From Perkinsela sp. CCAP 1560/9 (Eukaryota; Protista; Euglenozoa: Kinetoplastea): a stretch of DNA of 64,000 nucleotides. The translations under genes were made by a program, and so were the position numbers. The stretch is taken from the NCBI GenBank assembly GCA_965644495.1, contig CBFFSA010000003.1, forward strand, positions 1,054,001-1,118,000, written 5' to 3'. The notes beneath the pieces are model-generated. The model did no database searches. It worked only from the letters and a program-made list of their open reading frames with translations, and had not been told where the DNA came from. Shown here one piece after another: positions 10,904 through 22,261 of this stretch (the first letter of the stretch is position 1; each line of letters begins with the position of its first letter).

Positions 10904-13045
10904 TTATGAAAGTTCGAGCGCGTGAATATCCTCTTGTGTATACTCGACTCGACAGGAAAGAACAGTAATGATTTCCCACGAGGTAAGCTTCCATTTTTGC
11001 ACGCCTCGTATAACACTCAGGACATCCGGAAGCTTTTGCGTGTTTAGTAAGGAAAGCTGTTGGAAACACTTACCAAACTGATCTCGCACAGGTGTGGAAG
11101 ACAAACTTGATAGAAATAATATGAGGTCGTTCAGATCTCTTTCAAGCTGCACAGCGCCAACTCCGTTACATCTCTTTTCCAAAAGAATTTGCTCCATCGA
11201 GCGAGCTGCAACGGAAGACAATTGATACAAAAAAGCAGAAAAAAGTGTCTCCCGCATTAATTTACGATAAGGAGTAAAAAATCGAGACCACGCCTGAATC
11301 GTGCTTTTGACCCACGCGCTAATAGAAATCTGTGGTTTAGCAATTTCGTACGTGTATTCCATAATTTCGAAGAACCCTCCATGAAGAAAAGTTTCTGAAA
11401 CATGAGCTGCAAGTTGATGAGCGAATTTATGGACAATTTCAAAAGAAACATTGCCGAGCAGCTTCAGCTCGTTAGCGATTTCTCTGCACATGAGAAATTG
11501 GGACGCCTCTAAGTCACGTTTCGTGCATTCAATAATAACATTTTCGTGAAGTTTTGCTAAATAGTCTGCAGCTTGGACGCCTATATTAGCCCATTGCATA
11601 CGCTTGATGATACTGTTCGAGAGAGCTTGCTCATCAGTAGGCTCCGTATAACCCAACCATGAAGTTCCTTCGTTCTCATTTGCCGCTGGAATCTCGTCCA
11701 ACATACGTTTAATATGTCCCAGAAAAGTTTCTCGTAAAAAATCAATCATGATATTCAAAGAGCTGCAGATCATCAGAGGAGTTCCTCGCCTTATCGCTCT
11801 AGTGATGCTAACCCTTACTACATAACTCACATCATCAAGGAAGACTTTTGCCAGTGCTTCATCAGTGGTAGAAGTCTCTCGAAATAGAAGAGAGTTATAC
11901 TCGCTTTGCACGGATAAAAAAAGAGCGACAAGATTTTGCAACACATCCTGTAATGGCTGATTAAAAGCCAATATCACGTCTTCACTATTCTCCCTGTTCG
12001 AAACGCTAGTACAACACTTCGTTATGTATCTTATGTAACGGTGACAGAATTCTACGCACTGAGATAACGCTTCCAGCTGAAGATCGAACAGCTGTAGGTC
12101 GCTTTCACCTGAAGGAAGCGTCGTCCTCGGTTGTAAAATAGAGCTTCGCATTTCTTGTATTAGATTTCTACTAAACTCCGAACAAAAGGCTGTTATTTCC
12201 TCGATAAGAACCCTGAAATGCTTTCGGAATGACAACGAGCAACTATCCGAAAAGTCAATATTCGACACATTGGACACATCAACAGAAAGTGTTGTTTCGA
12301 TGTGTGTTGGTAAGTTTTGGTCATCATCAAGGTGTTTCATCAATTCTCCTGTTTGTTTAACTTCGTTAAGAGATAATAAAAAAGCCCTCGAAATTAGCTC
12401 TATTTCGCGAAACACAATATGTTTGGACGAGTCAGAAACCCGATCTTGGGAGCCATTAACAGGTTTGACCTGTTCTTTTATTCTACGAACGGCTCGATTA
12501 ATACATCTCTGCGTAACCTCTAGTCGGAGACCACACATGACCCACCGATTTGCATGCCGTAGAAATTCAACGTCATCGAAGGTAAACTCACAGATATTTA
12601 TCTGCACCTCAGACTTAACTTTCTCTAAAATATCAGAAAAATGTTTCAAGCAGTCACTTCCGTAGATTTCGAGAGCATGCGGAATGTCTATCATCTTTTT
12701 ACAATGATGCACCATCAGCGCTGCCACATCAATATCATTGTCGTCGATTGCCTCAACAGCTGTTCGCAAGTTGCTTTCGAAGCACTTTCTTTTCTCGACA
12801 ATCTCTTCTAGAAGCTGTAGCCGCTGACACTTGACCTGTGTTTGTCGAATGTCATCACAAAGTCTTCCGACTCCTTGAGCTTTCGATAGGACCTTTTGTA
12901 ACAATTTTCTCCAAACGAAACTTGCATTTCCACTTGACGCATTGTAAATATCTCGAGATACGTTTTGTACAGGGTCAGAATTAGAGTTTTCAGTGCCCTT
13001 CTCGTTTCTCGGAGGATTTACGTTATTTTCATACTTGTCCCCCAT
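10904..13045 (-). CDS. COG4: Conserved oligomeric Golgi complex subunit 4
   Basis: LDDVSYVV...RAI; C-terminal NGVGAVQLERDL..VRDQF..WKLT..EI..VL..RVE typical of COG4. Confidence 0.8.
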   Translation of the reverse strand: MGDKYENNVNPPRNEKGTENSNSDPVQNVSRDIYNASSGNASFVWRKLLQKVLSKAQGVGRLCDDIRQTQVKCQRLQLLEEIVEKRKCFESNLRTAVEAIDDNDIDVAALMVHHCKKMIDIPHALEIYGSDCLKHFSDILEKVKSEVQINICEFTFDDVEFLRHANRWVMCGLRLEVTQRCINRAVRRIKEQVKPVNGSQDRVSDSSKHIVFREIELISRAFLLSLNEVKQTGELMKHLDDDQNLPTHIETTLSVDVSNVSNIDFSDSCSLSFRKHFRVLIEEITAFCSEFSRNLIQEMRSSILQPRTTLPSGESDLQLFDLQLEALSQCVEFCHRYIRYITKCCTSVSNRENSEDVILAFNQPLQDVLQNLVALFLSVQSEYNSLLFRETSTTDEALAKVFLDDVSYVVRVSITRAIRRGTPLMICSSLNIMIDFLRETFLGHIKRMLDEIPAANENEGTSWLGYTEPTDEQALSNSIIKRMQWANIGVQAADYLAKLHENVIIECTKRDLEASQFLMCREIANELKLLGNVSFEIVHKFAHQLAAHVSETFLHGGFFEIMEYTYEIAKPQISISAWVKSTIQAWSRFFTPYRKLMRETLFSAFLYQLSSVAARSMEQILLEKRCNGVGAVQLERDLNDLILFLSSLSSTPVRDQFGKCFQQLSLLNTQKLPDVLSVIRGVQKWKLTSWEIITVLSCRVEYTQEDIHALELS

Positions 13046-13375
13046 GTTTTAACTTTATGTCACTTTCCCACAGTTCTTCATTTTAGAAAGAACTTCATTT
13101 TAGAAGTTCACATTAGAAAAAAACGTAGCCGAAGTTATTTTAAAACTACTGTAATGTATTTGCAACTAAAGCTTTAATCTTTTTTAATAACTTTCTTTAA
13201 TAACTTTCGCAACTATAGTCATTTTCATTTTTATTTGGCTTTTATTAGTCGTTAGTTGCGCAAAAGGTGCTTTATGATTCGAATTTCATCAGACCTTTTA
13301 ACAAGTTGACTACCGAACTCGGGTATATAGGAGAAGCGAAAGTCGCACACGACGTACTAGAATAGAAAATGACTT

Positions 13376-14317
13376 TTATATGTCGCGCAGCGTGCGTCTT
13401 CGGCGAGTGTGTGATGGACGCACCGGAGTATACTCCTCAAGAGTATCTAATGGGTTCTCCGCCTCATCTCGTCTTCTGGAGGGTTGAGTTTCATCTTGCA
13501 GCCTATCTCCAGAATGTCCAGTCGGTCGAGATGCAGAGTCCGTTAGTACTCCCTCAGATGTTGTTGCGCGTGTAGACACAACTCTGGAGCCTTCGTATTC
13601 AGTACTGGTTCGTATTGGAGTAACCAGTGATGAATCAACTGTTTTCGTAGCACTTGTCCCAAGATCTTCAAAATCTGTGGCACGAGTCGTTCCCAAAGTA
13701 TAGCCGGTTGTAGGAGAAAGATCAGTAAAAGTAGAACTCCTCTCGGATGACGTCTCCAGGTTTTTATGGTACATCAACTCAAAGTCGGCGCCATCATCCA
13801 ATATTCGAAGCATTATCGGCCGTAGTCGACGAAATTCCGAGGCAATGAGGTTTGTAACGCGAACTCCAGGAGTGATAATTCCAGAGGTGCGAAAAATTTC
13901 AAGATCTCTCAACACCTTTGTCCACCGATGAATAAGAATCTCCCCAACGAGCTTACCAATCAGGTCGGCGCGATCCGAGCCGAAATCCTCCTCGCACTCG
14001 TTAAGTAACATCGAGGTAATCTCTGTGGCGTAATGTGGGAGCGCATAGAAGCTGTCATTATTCTTTTCGTATCGCAATACAATTTGAAGTGAATCAATCC
14101 CAAGCCATGCTGGAGGACGAATTATGCAAACCTTTGATTTCCGAAGCAGAAGCGCTAGCCACAGAGGTACCGACGTCTCGTGATGCAGTCTAAAAGGACC
14201 AAAATTGCCACTCAAGAGCGAAATAGAGTCAAGAGTAAATAGAGGCATGATTGTGACTAGCTCTTGTTGAGCAAGAAATGCACAGTACTCTGCATTAAGG
14301 GTCCGTGATGGAAACAT
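13376..14317 (-). CDS. PSF2: GINS subunit Psf2 with S/T-rich C-terminal extension
   Basis: FLAQQELVTIMP, GNFGPF, VPLWLALLL, C.I.PP.W, LP.Y..EI motifs. Confidence 0.92.
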   Translation of the reverse strand: MFPSRTLNAEYCAFLAQQELVTIMPLFTLDSISLLSGNFGPFRLHHETSVPLWLALLLRKSKVCIIRPPAWLGIDSLQIVLRYEKNNDSFYALPHYATEITSMLLNECEEDFGSDRADLIGKLVGEILIHRWTKVLRDLEIFRTSGIITPGVRVTNLIASEFRRLRPIMLRILDDGADFELMYHKNLETSSERSSTFTDLSPTTGYTLGTTRATDFEDLGTSATKTVDSSLVTPIRTSTEYEGSRVVSTRATTSEGVLTDSASRPTGHSGDRLQDETQPSRRRDEAENPLDTLEEYTPVRPSHTRRRRTLRDI

Positions 14318-14761
14318 GCTATATACAGCTGTTATTTTCCTTTTACTATTTAAACTGGTAAGTTGTAGTAATACAATCTATCTCACTAATGCATTTCGCT
14401 GCACAAATAGTACGAACATTTTCCACATTATGCATATCCATGTACTCGTAGATCCGCAAAAGATAGGTACTAGTGTATCTTGATTAATCTCCGAAAAACC
14501 ATCGTAAAGTTGAAAATATGTCTTCTTCGTACATGTAGAAATTCGACATTAAACCGACCCGTGCGTCAATTTGAAAAAATTTTAGAACTTTACAGAGTAA
14601 CAAATACTTAAAATTTGTGCATTCGTAAAATTTAAGGAAATAACCTGGCCGACGTCCATAAAATAATGATTTAGGACTGAAATCAAATTACAGCAAAAAG
14701 AACAATTTCTTGTACTGGGAGCCGAAGTTAAACATTTTTTAAGAATACGAGCAAAAATTAT

Positions 14762-15427
14762 TTATGGCTGAATTAAGGAAGCGAATTTCGACAATTCAGA
14801 TGCACAAGACGCTCTCAAAATGGCCGGTGAGGACTCATCATTTTCAGCTTCAAGAGCGAGTGAAGCTGCAAGTCCTTGTGGAAAGGAAACTTTCTGATCA
14901 TTCGCATCAATTTCCACATAGCGTGATCGTACTTCAGGACAGTTGAGCGCTTCTTCCACAGATTCGAAATTGGTCATCATAAGAAACAAATCCAAGGACA
15001 TGACCGTGTATGTCCGGGCGAGTATGGAAAGGACAAATTTTTGCAATAAAGAGCGAATATCAATTTCTCCCCCACCAAGATTAAGCGCTATCTCGGTGTA
15101 AGTAGGAATATTTTCCCATATTTCAAGAAAACTCGCTCTTTCCATACGATCTTGAAGACCAAGCAGTTCACGTAGCTCCGCCTTTTCGAACAGTTTCTCA
15201 GGAATCAGAAACATGCAAGCCGAAAAAGCATTTTGTTCTGCACCAAGAAGGAGCGATTTTAGGCAAATTATGCAAATGGCATCATAGTTTGCTCTACTAG
15301 GATAAAATTGGTAGAGCTTCAATATAGCAACGTAAAGATCTAAATCGAACGAGCTAAGGGGTTCTGCTTTCAAGAGTGACTCAAGTTCCGGTATAGCATC
15401 GGATCTTAGTGAATTCGCGCGAGACAT
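14762..15427 (-). CDS. eIF3k: Translation initiation factor eIF3 subunit K (start uncertain; upstream ATGs to 15604)
   Basis: DLDLYVAILKLYQFYP, F..C..LIP, LE.A.F...W PCI/winged-helix pattern. Confidence 0.8.
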   Translation of the reverse strand: MSRANSLRSDAIPELESLLKAEPLSSFDLDLYVAILKLYQFYPSRANYDAICIICLKSLLLGAEQNAFSACMFLIPEKLFEKAELRELLGLQDRMERASFLEIWENIPTYTEIALNLGGGEIDIRSLLQKFVLSILARTYTVMSLDLFLMMTNFESVEEALNCPEVRSRYVEIDANDQKVSFPQGLAASLALEAENDESSPAILRASCASELSKFASLIQP

Positions 15428-15855
15428 TACTCGTTCCGACTCAACCTTTGTGCTGGAGCCAATCATAAAGGACGTGGATACACGTGAGTATGAAGGAAAA
15501 GAATTCCAAAAATTCAGAATTGTCATCACGAATGTATATGCACACCATACGCAATGTGGTCCTCGCATGTCATATACACTATTCTCATCGCAGTACATCA
15601 CCATGTGATGTTGGTCTACATATGAAAATGTAAATTACTAATGCAAATTCAGTATGTAACATACTGAATATACTAGACGTCGTTTGTACGGCATGTGCAG
15701 TAACAAAACATGAGTAACAAAGTCAGATACACAGTGTATCATACACGTAAACCATCCATACATATCACCAACTTAGGTGGTACTTTAGCAAGAAAGGAAA
15801 AAGAGGAATTAAAAATTGAATACAAACTACGAATACAAACATTTAACGGAATCGC

Positions 15856-18800
15856 CTAATCAGTGGGAGTTTCCTGTGAAGAACGCTTCCCAGAACGGGT
15901 TCTTTTTGTTCCGAGACCTTCAGTACCGCTTTCTTCGCGCTGTTTTTCAGCAACAAACCTGCAGGCAAGACCGCGGAATCGAGCGCTGATCTGCGCAGGC
16001 GTCCTTGAGCGAATGTGAAAATCAAAGCGACATTCGGGAACTTTATTGAGCTCTCGTGCAACAACAGAAAAATTTGAGAAATCGTTTTCTTGTGCTAATC
16101 GAATAATATGCTGGTCAATCGCTTGATCATACAACTGTTCACGTGAAATCGCACCACGACCCGTGGGTGCGTCTTCATTTTCCAGTCTGCGAAGCTTCCA
16201 AGAAATAGCTTCTTTCACCTTTTGCTCTCGTTCAAGTTTCTTTTCTCCTTTTTCAATGTGTTTCAAGACATTCTGCCAAGCTGCGTGGTCATAGCATTCT
16301 TGCCCGCGCTGCCAAAAGGCGCGAACGTATGCTCGTACCTTTTCCGGCGTCTTTGTGTCTTTCAAAACATCGCATATATTTTCCAAATTTAAGCGACCAT
16401 GATGAATCATTGCATTAGTCACCTGTCTCACCTCTGTGTACGTCCAATCAGTGAATTCCTCACACGTCTGAAGAAGACGCGCTTTCTCTTCTTTTTCCTC
16501 CAGTGTTAATTCAAATTCCAAAGGATTTATCTCTTCTTCAACAGTACCCTTGTCTGGAGTGTCTGTCTTCGGTGATTCCGATCCTGGAACAGATACGCGT
16601 TTCGCTTTCAAAATTTCAACCTGTTTCTCCCATTTGCGAATCATAAGAGAGACTTCGGTGTCGTGAATTTCTGTCAAACGCTTCTGCATTGTTGGTGATA
16701 CTAAGTGAAATTTCTTAAATTCGGGTAATTTAGGAATCTTTGGCATTTTAAGCGCTTCAATAGCCTGTTGGCGCTCATATTCTGCCACTCTTTCCGCCGT
16801 AACCTGTTGACGCATTCGTGCTCGTGCTCCGCGACCAAGCTCTTCGGCGGCTTCATCGGGCTTGACGTCGTCCAACATTTCCTTTGAAATGAATGTGTCC
16901 TGCGTTACAAAAGTAACCTTGATATTAAGACAGTCTTTTAGAATTTTTAGCCTTTGTTTAACTATTTTTGCACCCTCAATACTTTTAAGATACAGCAAGG
17001 TTTTGTCGCGTTCTGGGCTAATGAATACCTGCGCCGGCGCAATATCCCATTGAGAAAGTGTGTTTTCAATATCTGCTTGGGAAATAGTTTGGTCGATGCC
17101 TTCTACAAGGAGCGTCTTCTTGGGAACCTCGTCACTATAGTTGATGCCTTCGAATTCATACATGTTGCTTTCTTCAATCCCAAGATGAAAATTGGCCAGA
17201 GTAGTTTCTTGCTTTTCTAATAGCTCTTCTCGCAACGCTTTTACCCGCGTTTCTCCTCGATTAAGCAGTACATCTAAATCTTCTTCCTGCAAGGGCTCGT
17301 TTTTATTTTTGAACATGGCCTCTACGCCAAATCGTATCATGCCAAGCATTTCCTTAGCACCAAGCGAATCTTCTTTAGCCTGCATTCTTCCTTGCTGAAC
17401 GACCATCGCGTCCAGATAAAGTTTTTTAAGTGCACGTTTGTATATTCGCTCTTCCAGTGTACCTTCACAAATAAAGCGCAACACTGTTACATGTCTTTTT
17501 TGACCCAATCTATGAGCACGATCCTGCGCTTGCAAGTCTTGCTGCGGATTCCAGTCACTATCATAAATGATAACGTAATTCGCTGCCTGAAGGTTAATTC
17601 CGAGACCTCCGGCGCGTGTAGAAAGAAGGAAAAGAAACATATCGCTTTTCGGGTTGTTGAACTCATGCATTTGACGATCTCTGTCAGCAGCAGATGTCCC
17701 TCCATCAATTCTTCCAAATCGATACCCACGGTAGTTGCAATAGTCTTCAACAATGTCAAGCATTCGAGTCATTTGAGAAAATATGAGTACTTTGTGCTGC
17801 CTCTCATCGTCGTATTCGGCCCTAAGTTTTTTGATTAATCGATCCAAGAGTGATAGTTTTCCGCTGGCTTGAACCAGAGCTTCGTTCGTAATAAAGGGAG
17901 GACCATCTTCAACACCGTCAAATAGATATGGATGATTGCAACACTTGCGTAACTGCATCACTATGTTGCTGAGTTGCTTCATCTGAGCGGAGCCTTTGTT
18001 AATGGTCTCGTAATCCTTTGCTAAAAGCGCAGTGTATTGTTCTTTTTGCATTCTTGTTAATCCACACTCTACATAAATTTCTTTTTTGGGTGGTATACTT
18101 GTGCTGACTTCGCTCTTCAGGCGGCGCAACATTAAAGGTGCAAGCAGCTTGTAGAGGCGGGATATGACACTCTCATCTCCAGACCCTGTAGAAGTATCAA
18201 ACCAGGAATCGAACTCATCGGCATTCGTAAACAAATCAGGAATTACAAAATTCAGCAGCGTCCACAGCTCTCTTAAATTGTTTTGGAGAGGTGTCCCGGT
18301 CACAAGGAGTCGATGTGACGTATTCAGTGAGCGCACTGTGCTTGTTGTCAATGACTCATCAGATTTCAGTCTGTGAGCTTCATCGACGATTAAGTAGTTC
18401 CACATGATTTTACGAAAGGAACCAAGTTCCATTCTTACCATTTCGAATGTCGATATTATGACGTCGTACCTTTTGAGCTGAGAGGGATTCAAAACCGCTT
18501 TTATCATCATATCTCGATGTTCGTGACCAGTATGAAACCTGTACACATGCAATGAAGGACACCACATCCGAAATTCGCGAGCCCAATTGCCCAGAACACT
18601 TTTAGGACAGAGAACCAGATGGGGGCCTGGTATACTCCTTCCAAACTTGAGGTAAGCTAAAAATGCTATCGTTTGAAACGTTTTTCCTAACCCCATTTCA
18701 TCTGCTAATATACCGTTCACATCGTTGTCGTGAAGTGAAACGAGCCAGTTGACTCCGTTAAGTTGGTAGGAGCGAAGCTCCCCGGAAAGATATGGTGGAG

Positions 18801-19299
18801 TTACTTGTAGCCTTGAACGCACAGAAGAGGGTGTCAAATTGATCTCCCTCTCTGTATCCTCATGTGAAGCACATTCGTCCTGAGAGTATACCCGCGCGGG
18901 TCCGGAGCGCTGCTTTCGAACCGGAGATTGCGTTACCTCACTCTCATGAGCAGGCGTCGTACTCATCCACAACTCTGTCTGCTCCAACAATGCATCAAAG
19001 GAAGAAAGCTTTTTAGTTGTAGTCTTGGTAAGCAGTGCAAGTGCCCTTCTCCGTTGGGCAACGAGGTGACGCGACCTAGCTTGTTCGGTTTTTAGCTTTT
19101 CATCATACTCTTCGGGGCTTCGAAAAGGTATTATCGCATGCAAAGAGCTCTTGAAACGAGAAGTTGCCTCATCTAGTGCGTTGGGGTCCTCTCCGTGATC
19201 GAGGAAGGACTGAATTTCCTTCTTTTCTAGAGATTGGGCAAGTTGGTCATTGATTCTTCTCAGATCCTGCGAAAGATTTTGATCTTGCCGTATGCGCAT
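15856..19299 (-). CDS. ISWI: ISWI-family SNF2 chromatin-remodelling ATPase
   Basis: GILADEMGLGKT, DEAH, MQLRKCCNHPYLF, STRAGGLG, QAQDRAHRLGQ; C-terminal SANT/SLIDE-like W...E, FDFHIRSRT. Confidence 0.95.
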   Translation of the reverse strand: MRIRQDQNLSQDLRRINDQLAQSLEKKEIQSFLDHGEDPNALDEATSRFKSSLHAIIPFRSPEEYDEKLKTEQARSRHLVAQRRRALALLTKTTTKKLSSFDALLEQTELWMSTTPAHESEVTQSPVRKQRSGPARVYSQDECASHEDTEREINLTPSSVRSRLQVTPPYLSGELRSYQLNGVNWLVSLHDNDVNGILADEMGLGKTFQTIAFLAYLKFGRSIPGPHLVLCPKSVLGNWAREFRMWCPSLHVYRFHTGHEHRDMMIKAVLNPSQLKRYDVIISTFEMVRMELGSFRKIMWNYLIVDEAHRLKSDESLTTSTVRSLNTSHRLLVTGTPLQNNLRELWTLLNFVIPDLFTNADEFDSWFDTSTGSGDESVISRLYKLLAPLMLRRLKSEVSTSIPPKKEIYVECGLTRMQKEQYTALLAKDYETINKGSAQMKQLSNIVMQLRKCCNHPYLFDGVEDGPPFITNEALVQASGKLSLLDRLIKKLRAEYDDERQHKVLIFSQMTRMLDIVEDYCNYRGYRFGRIDGGTSAADRDRQMHEFNNPKSDMFLFLLSTRAGGLGINLQAANYVIIYDSDWNPQQDLQAQDRAHRLGQKRHVTVLRFICEGTLEERIYKRALKKLYLDAMVVQQGRMQAKEDSLGAKEMLGMIRFGVEAMFKNKNEPLQEEDLDVLLNRGETRVKALREELLEKQETTLANFHLGIEESNMYEFEGINYSDEVPKKTLLVEGIDQTISQADIENTLSQWDIAPAQVFISPERDKTLLYLKSIEGAKIVKQRLKILKDCLNIKVTFVTQDTFISKEMLDDVKPDEAAEELGRGARARMRQQVTAERVAEYERQQAIEALKMPKIPKLPEFKKFHLVSPTMQKRLTEIHDTEVSLMIRKWEKQVEILKAKRVSVPGSESPKTDTPDKGTVEEEINPLEFELTLEEKEEKARLLQTCEEFTDWTYTEVRQVTNAMIHHGRLNLENICDVLKDTKTPEKVRAYVRAFWQRGQECYDHAAWQNVLKHIEKGEKKLEREQKVKEAISWKLRRLENEDAPTGRGAISREQLYDQAIDQHIIRLAQENDFSNFSVVARELNKVPECRFDFHIRSRTPAQISARFRGLACRFVAEKQREESGTEGLGTKRTRSGKRSSQETPTD

Positions 19300-19438
19300 T
19301 AAAAAGGAACACTAATAATAAATATACGGGGTTCATATTTCACAACACATACGTCCGAATTTTGTTTTACCAAAAAGGATATACGAAAGGAACATGTCAA
19401 AACCGGCTATTTTCCATTATTCCTATTTATTTTGTATG

Positions 19439-20701
19439 TTATAAGAGGTCTGACACGTTTTCAACTGCACCTTCCGGATCCTCCCTGTATAGAAAGAGAA
19501 AGCCCTGCAGATGTGCCATGCTGATCGTTGACACGCAGGAATCTTTCTTGTCCGCGTCCGATATTGAAGTATTCACTTCAGGGATTCGCTCAATAAACTT
19601 CTCAGCAAGCAGTTCCTCGTTAGGAAAGAATCGCAAGAAGAGAGACCGAATTTGGTTTTGAGTGGCATAACCAATGTACGCACGAACATCGACCCTTCCA
19701 GGACGTATGAGTGCCGGGCTAAGCTTTTCCACATGGTTGGTGGTGAGGAAAAGAATCCTCCCCTCTTGTGCGGCAACCCCGTCCAACGCATTCAACAGCC
19801 CCGACATCGTCACCCGGCTCTCCTTATGAAACGCCCGGTCAATATCCTCCAGCAGCAGCACACACTTTTTCGGCGACGCATTCAGTAACTGCGTCAATGA
19901 CTCATCATCCAGCGAATGATGCGACAAACACAACACACAAATCGCCATCGAAAGCTCCCCCGCGAGCGCCAACACCAACGAACTCTTCCCACACCCCGGG
20001 GGACCATGGAGCAAATACCCCCTTCGGTACGGAATCCCCATCTCATGGTACCACTCCGCACTTTGTAGAAAATCTCTCGCATCCTTCAGCAGTGCCTCCT
20101 GTCGTTGATCATCTAAAATCACACTCGACAGGGGCCGTCTTCTCCTCGGCTCCGCGACCCGAATCCATCGACTTCCCGCGCTATGATAAAGCACCGTCTT
20201 GTTGGACTCACGATTCGCGGCGTACGCTTTAGCCGCGTCTAGAAGTGAGGTGACCACCGAGGGGTCACTCCCGTAGGTGGTTACCGTGAGCGTCTCGGTG
20301 ATCGTATCCATTGCGTTTCCTGAGGCCGAGGCTAAGCGATCGGAGGGCCGATGACGTTGAATCAGAAAGGGGCGAGAGCGGTACCAGAACACATGCGGGA
20401 GATTCGGCGCAGGCGTCAGCAGCGCCTCTGCGGTGACTTGATCGTTGGGGAGAATCTCCACACGTTTGGTTAACACACTCAGGTGGGAGGTGTGGTGGAA
20501 GCCCCGGACGTGGGCCATCCAGCGCATGAGCCAGTCGAAAGAGACATCGCGGGAGGTGGTCTCGAGGGAGACAAAGTAGTTGCGTTGGAGGTAGAGTTTG
20601 GCGAGCCGGGAGACCCCGCGGAGAGCGAAGGCACCCGCGGCCACGCCGTACAGGCCCATACCCGCGGTGAACATGGGATTGGAGAGGAAGGCGTCGGTCA
20701 T
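19439..20701 (-). CDS. BCS1: Mitochondrial AAA chaperone BCS1
   Basis: NPMFTAGMGL TM, RRPLSSVILD, GIPYRRGYLLHGPPGCGKS, LLEDID, VTMSGLLNALDG, ALIRPGRVD. Confidence 0.96.
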   Translation of the reverse strand: MTDAFLSNPMFTAGMGLYGVAAGAFALRGVSRLAKLYLQRNYFVSLETTSRDVSFDWLMRWMAHVRGFHHTSHLSVLTKRVEILPNDQVTAEALLTPAPNLPHVFWYRSRPFLIQRHRPSDRLASASGNAMDTITETLTVTTYGSDPSVVTSLLDAAKAYAANRESNKTVLYHSAGSRWIRVAEPRRRRPLSSVILDDQRQEALLKDARDFLQSAEWYHEMGIPYRRGYLLHGPPGCGKSSLVLALAGELSMAICVLCLSHHSLDDESLTQLLNASPKKCVLLLEDIDRAFHKESRVTMSGLLNALDGVAAQEGRILFLTTNHVEKLSPALIRPGRVDVRAYIGYATQNQIRSLFLRFFPNEELLAEKFIERIPEVNTSISDADKKDSCVSTISMAHLQGFLFLYREDPEGAVENVSDLL

Positions 20702-21082
20702 GAGGTGGGGGGAGAGGGTAAAAAGCGTAGAACTGAAGAACTTGTATCAAAAAAGTTGAGAACGAGATAAAAAACTCGTTTCTACGTACGTTCTATAGTT
20801 TAACTCCGAAACTAACCTTGCATCATAAACAGAATCCTCAAGTAAACTCAAATACAACCCGTTGAGTATTGAACATGTAGAACTGAGTATATTCTTCTCA
20901 GACATTCCTAAAATAGCCGGTGAATTCTAAAGCTTAAATAAGTGCCCAAGTCTGAAAATACCATCTCCTTTTCAAATACATGAAATATATAAAAATAATC
21001 CTTGATAAAAAATCACAAACAACCTACAACCTTCCCCAACCCTTTCCGTTCCCCCAAAACGTATCTTCCACCACCACTTCCC

Positions 21083-21898
21083 TTAATAAAACCTCCCCTT
21101 CTCCTCACGCCGCTCCTCCTCCTCCTCCTCGTACCCCCCCTCCCTCCCCCCCGCGGCGGACGGCGGCTTTGCGGCGTCACAGAATTTGCAACGCAGGCGG
21201 AACGCAAAGTTCACCCGCCCGCACGGACAGTTCCAGTCCCCGAAGCGGAACGTCGGGGGGGGGCGGGGCTTGGGGTCGCCGTACCGCGGGGGGGACTCGC
21301 TCCGGGGCTCATACCCGTACGGGGCCCCGCGGCTCCCGGGGGGGTACTGCCGCGGGGGGTACCCGCGGCTGTCGTTGTACGGCGCGGCGTAGTTGTACGA
21401 CCCGTAGGGGCGGGAAGAGGAGGAGGAGGAGGAAGGGGAGGGGGGAGGGTAGCTTGAGGGGGGCTCACCGCGGGGGGGATTCCCACGGGGGGCATGGCAA
21501 CGGTGACAGCTCTCACGGGAGGCGAAGTTGTGGTGGTCACAGGAGGGGCAGGTCCAGTCCCCGGGACGGAAGGGTTGTTTGAAGTCGCGAGTGGCGAATC
21601 GTGAGGTGCGACAGCGGTGACAGTCTTTGCGGTAGGCAAAGTTGTGGTTGGCACACGAGATGCAGAGCCAGTCCCCGGGTCGCATGTTCTGAATATCGGC
21701 GGGGTTGACTTGAACCTCAGAGGCCCCGGGCTTTAGAACTCCACACGCTTTGCATGTACGTCGAAAAGCAAAGTTTGGGTAGCGACACTCGGGACAATCC
21801 CAGTCTCCTTCGCGCTTGGGTGGGTCAGCACGTGTGGTGGACGTACTTTCGTCTGACGGTGTTACTTCGTCGTTGATACTCTTTGTTAATTCGGTCAT
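21083..21898 (-). CDS. RanBP2-type zinc-finger RNA-binding protein (4 fingers)
   Basis: Four GDW.C..C...NFA.R..C..C repeats. Confidence 0.92.
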   Translation of the reverse strand: MTELTKSINDEVTPSDESTSTTRADPPKREGDWDCPECRYPNFAFRRTCKACGVLKPGASEVQVNPADIQNMRPGDWLCISCANHNFAYRKDCHRCRTSRFATRDFKQPFRPGDWTCPSCDHHNFASRESCHRCHAPRGNPPRGEPPSSYPPPSPSSSSSSSRPYGSYNYAAPYNDSRGYPPRQYPPGSRGAPYGYEPRSESPPRYGDPKPRPPPTFRFGDWNCPCGRVNFAFRLRCKFCDAAKPPSAAGGREGGYEEEEEERREEKGRFY

Positions 21899-22261
21899 GC
21901 AGCTATAGGTCCAAAAGATTTGAAGTTAACCTAGATAAAATAAAATAGTTTGGTCACCTTTGTTTAACGGCGAACAAAAACATCATACAGGGATTGGAAC
22001 AGAGTGAGTTCTGGTAGAAATGATTGTGTATCAATCCATTTGCTCAGAACTAGCTGAAAATGTGAAATCCTATTTAATAGACGGATAATCATATTTAACA
22101 TGACTTGCTGATCTCATAAGAAACCGTAGCTAACGAGTCAGTGAAGTACGACTCAGTAAGGTACGAATTGCTTTGCTAGATACTCCCGCTTTCAGTCTGA
22201 ATATCCATCGTTTACATGATTGCACACATGACGAAGAAAGCACATTTCTGCGCAAACTAGG

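Noticed and set aside
20980-21654. Long overlapping and antisense ORFs over GC-rich genes (also at 2255-3564 and 37986-38658)
   Set aside because: Shadow frames caused by stop-codon scarcity in the GC-rich islands.
22040-22120. Possible snoRNA (TCAG-AACTAGCTGAAAATG resembles LSU rRNA)
   Set aside because: The match needs a 2-nt gap and there is no canonical box C.
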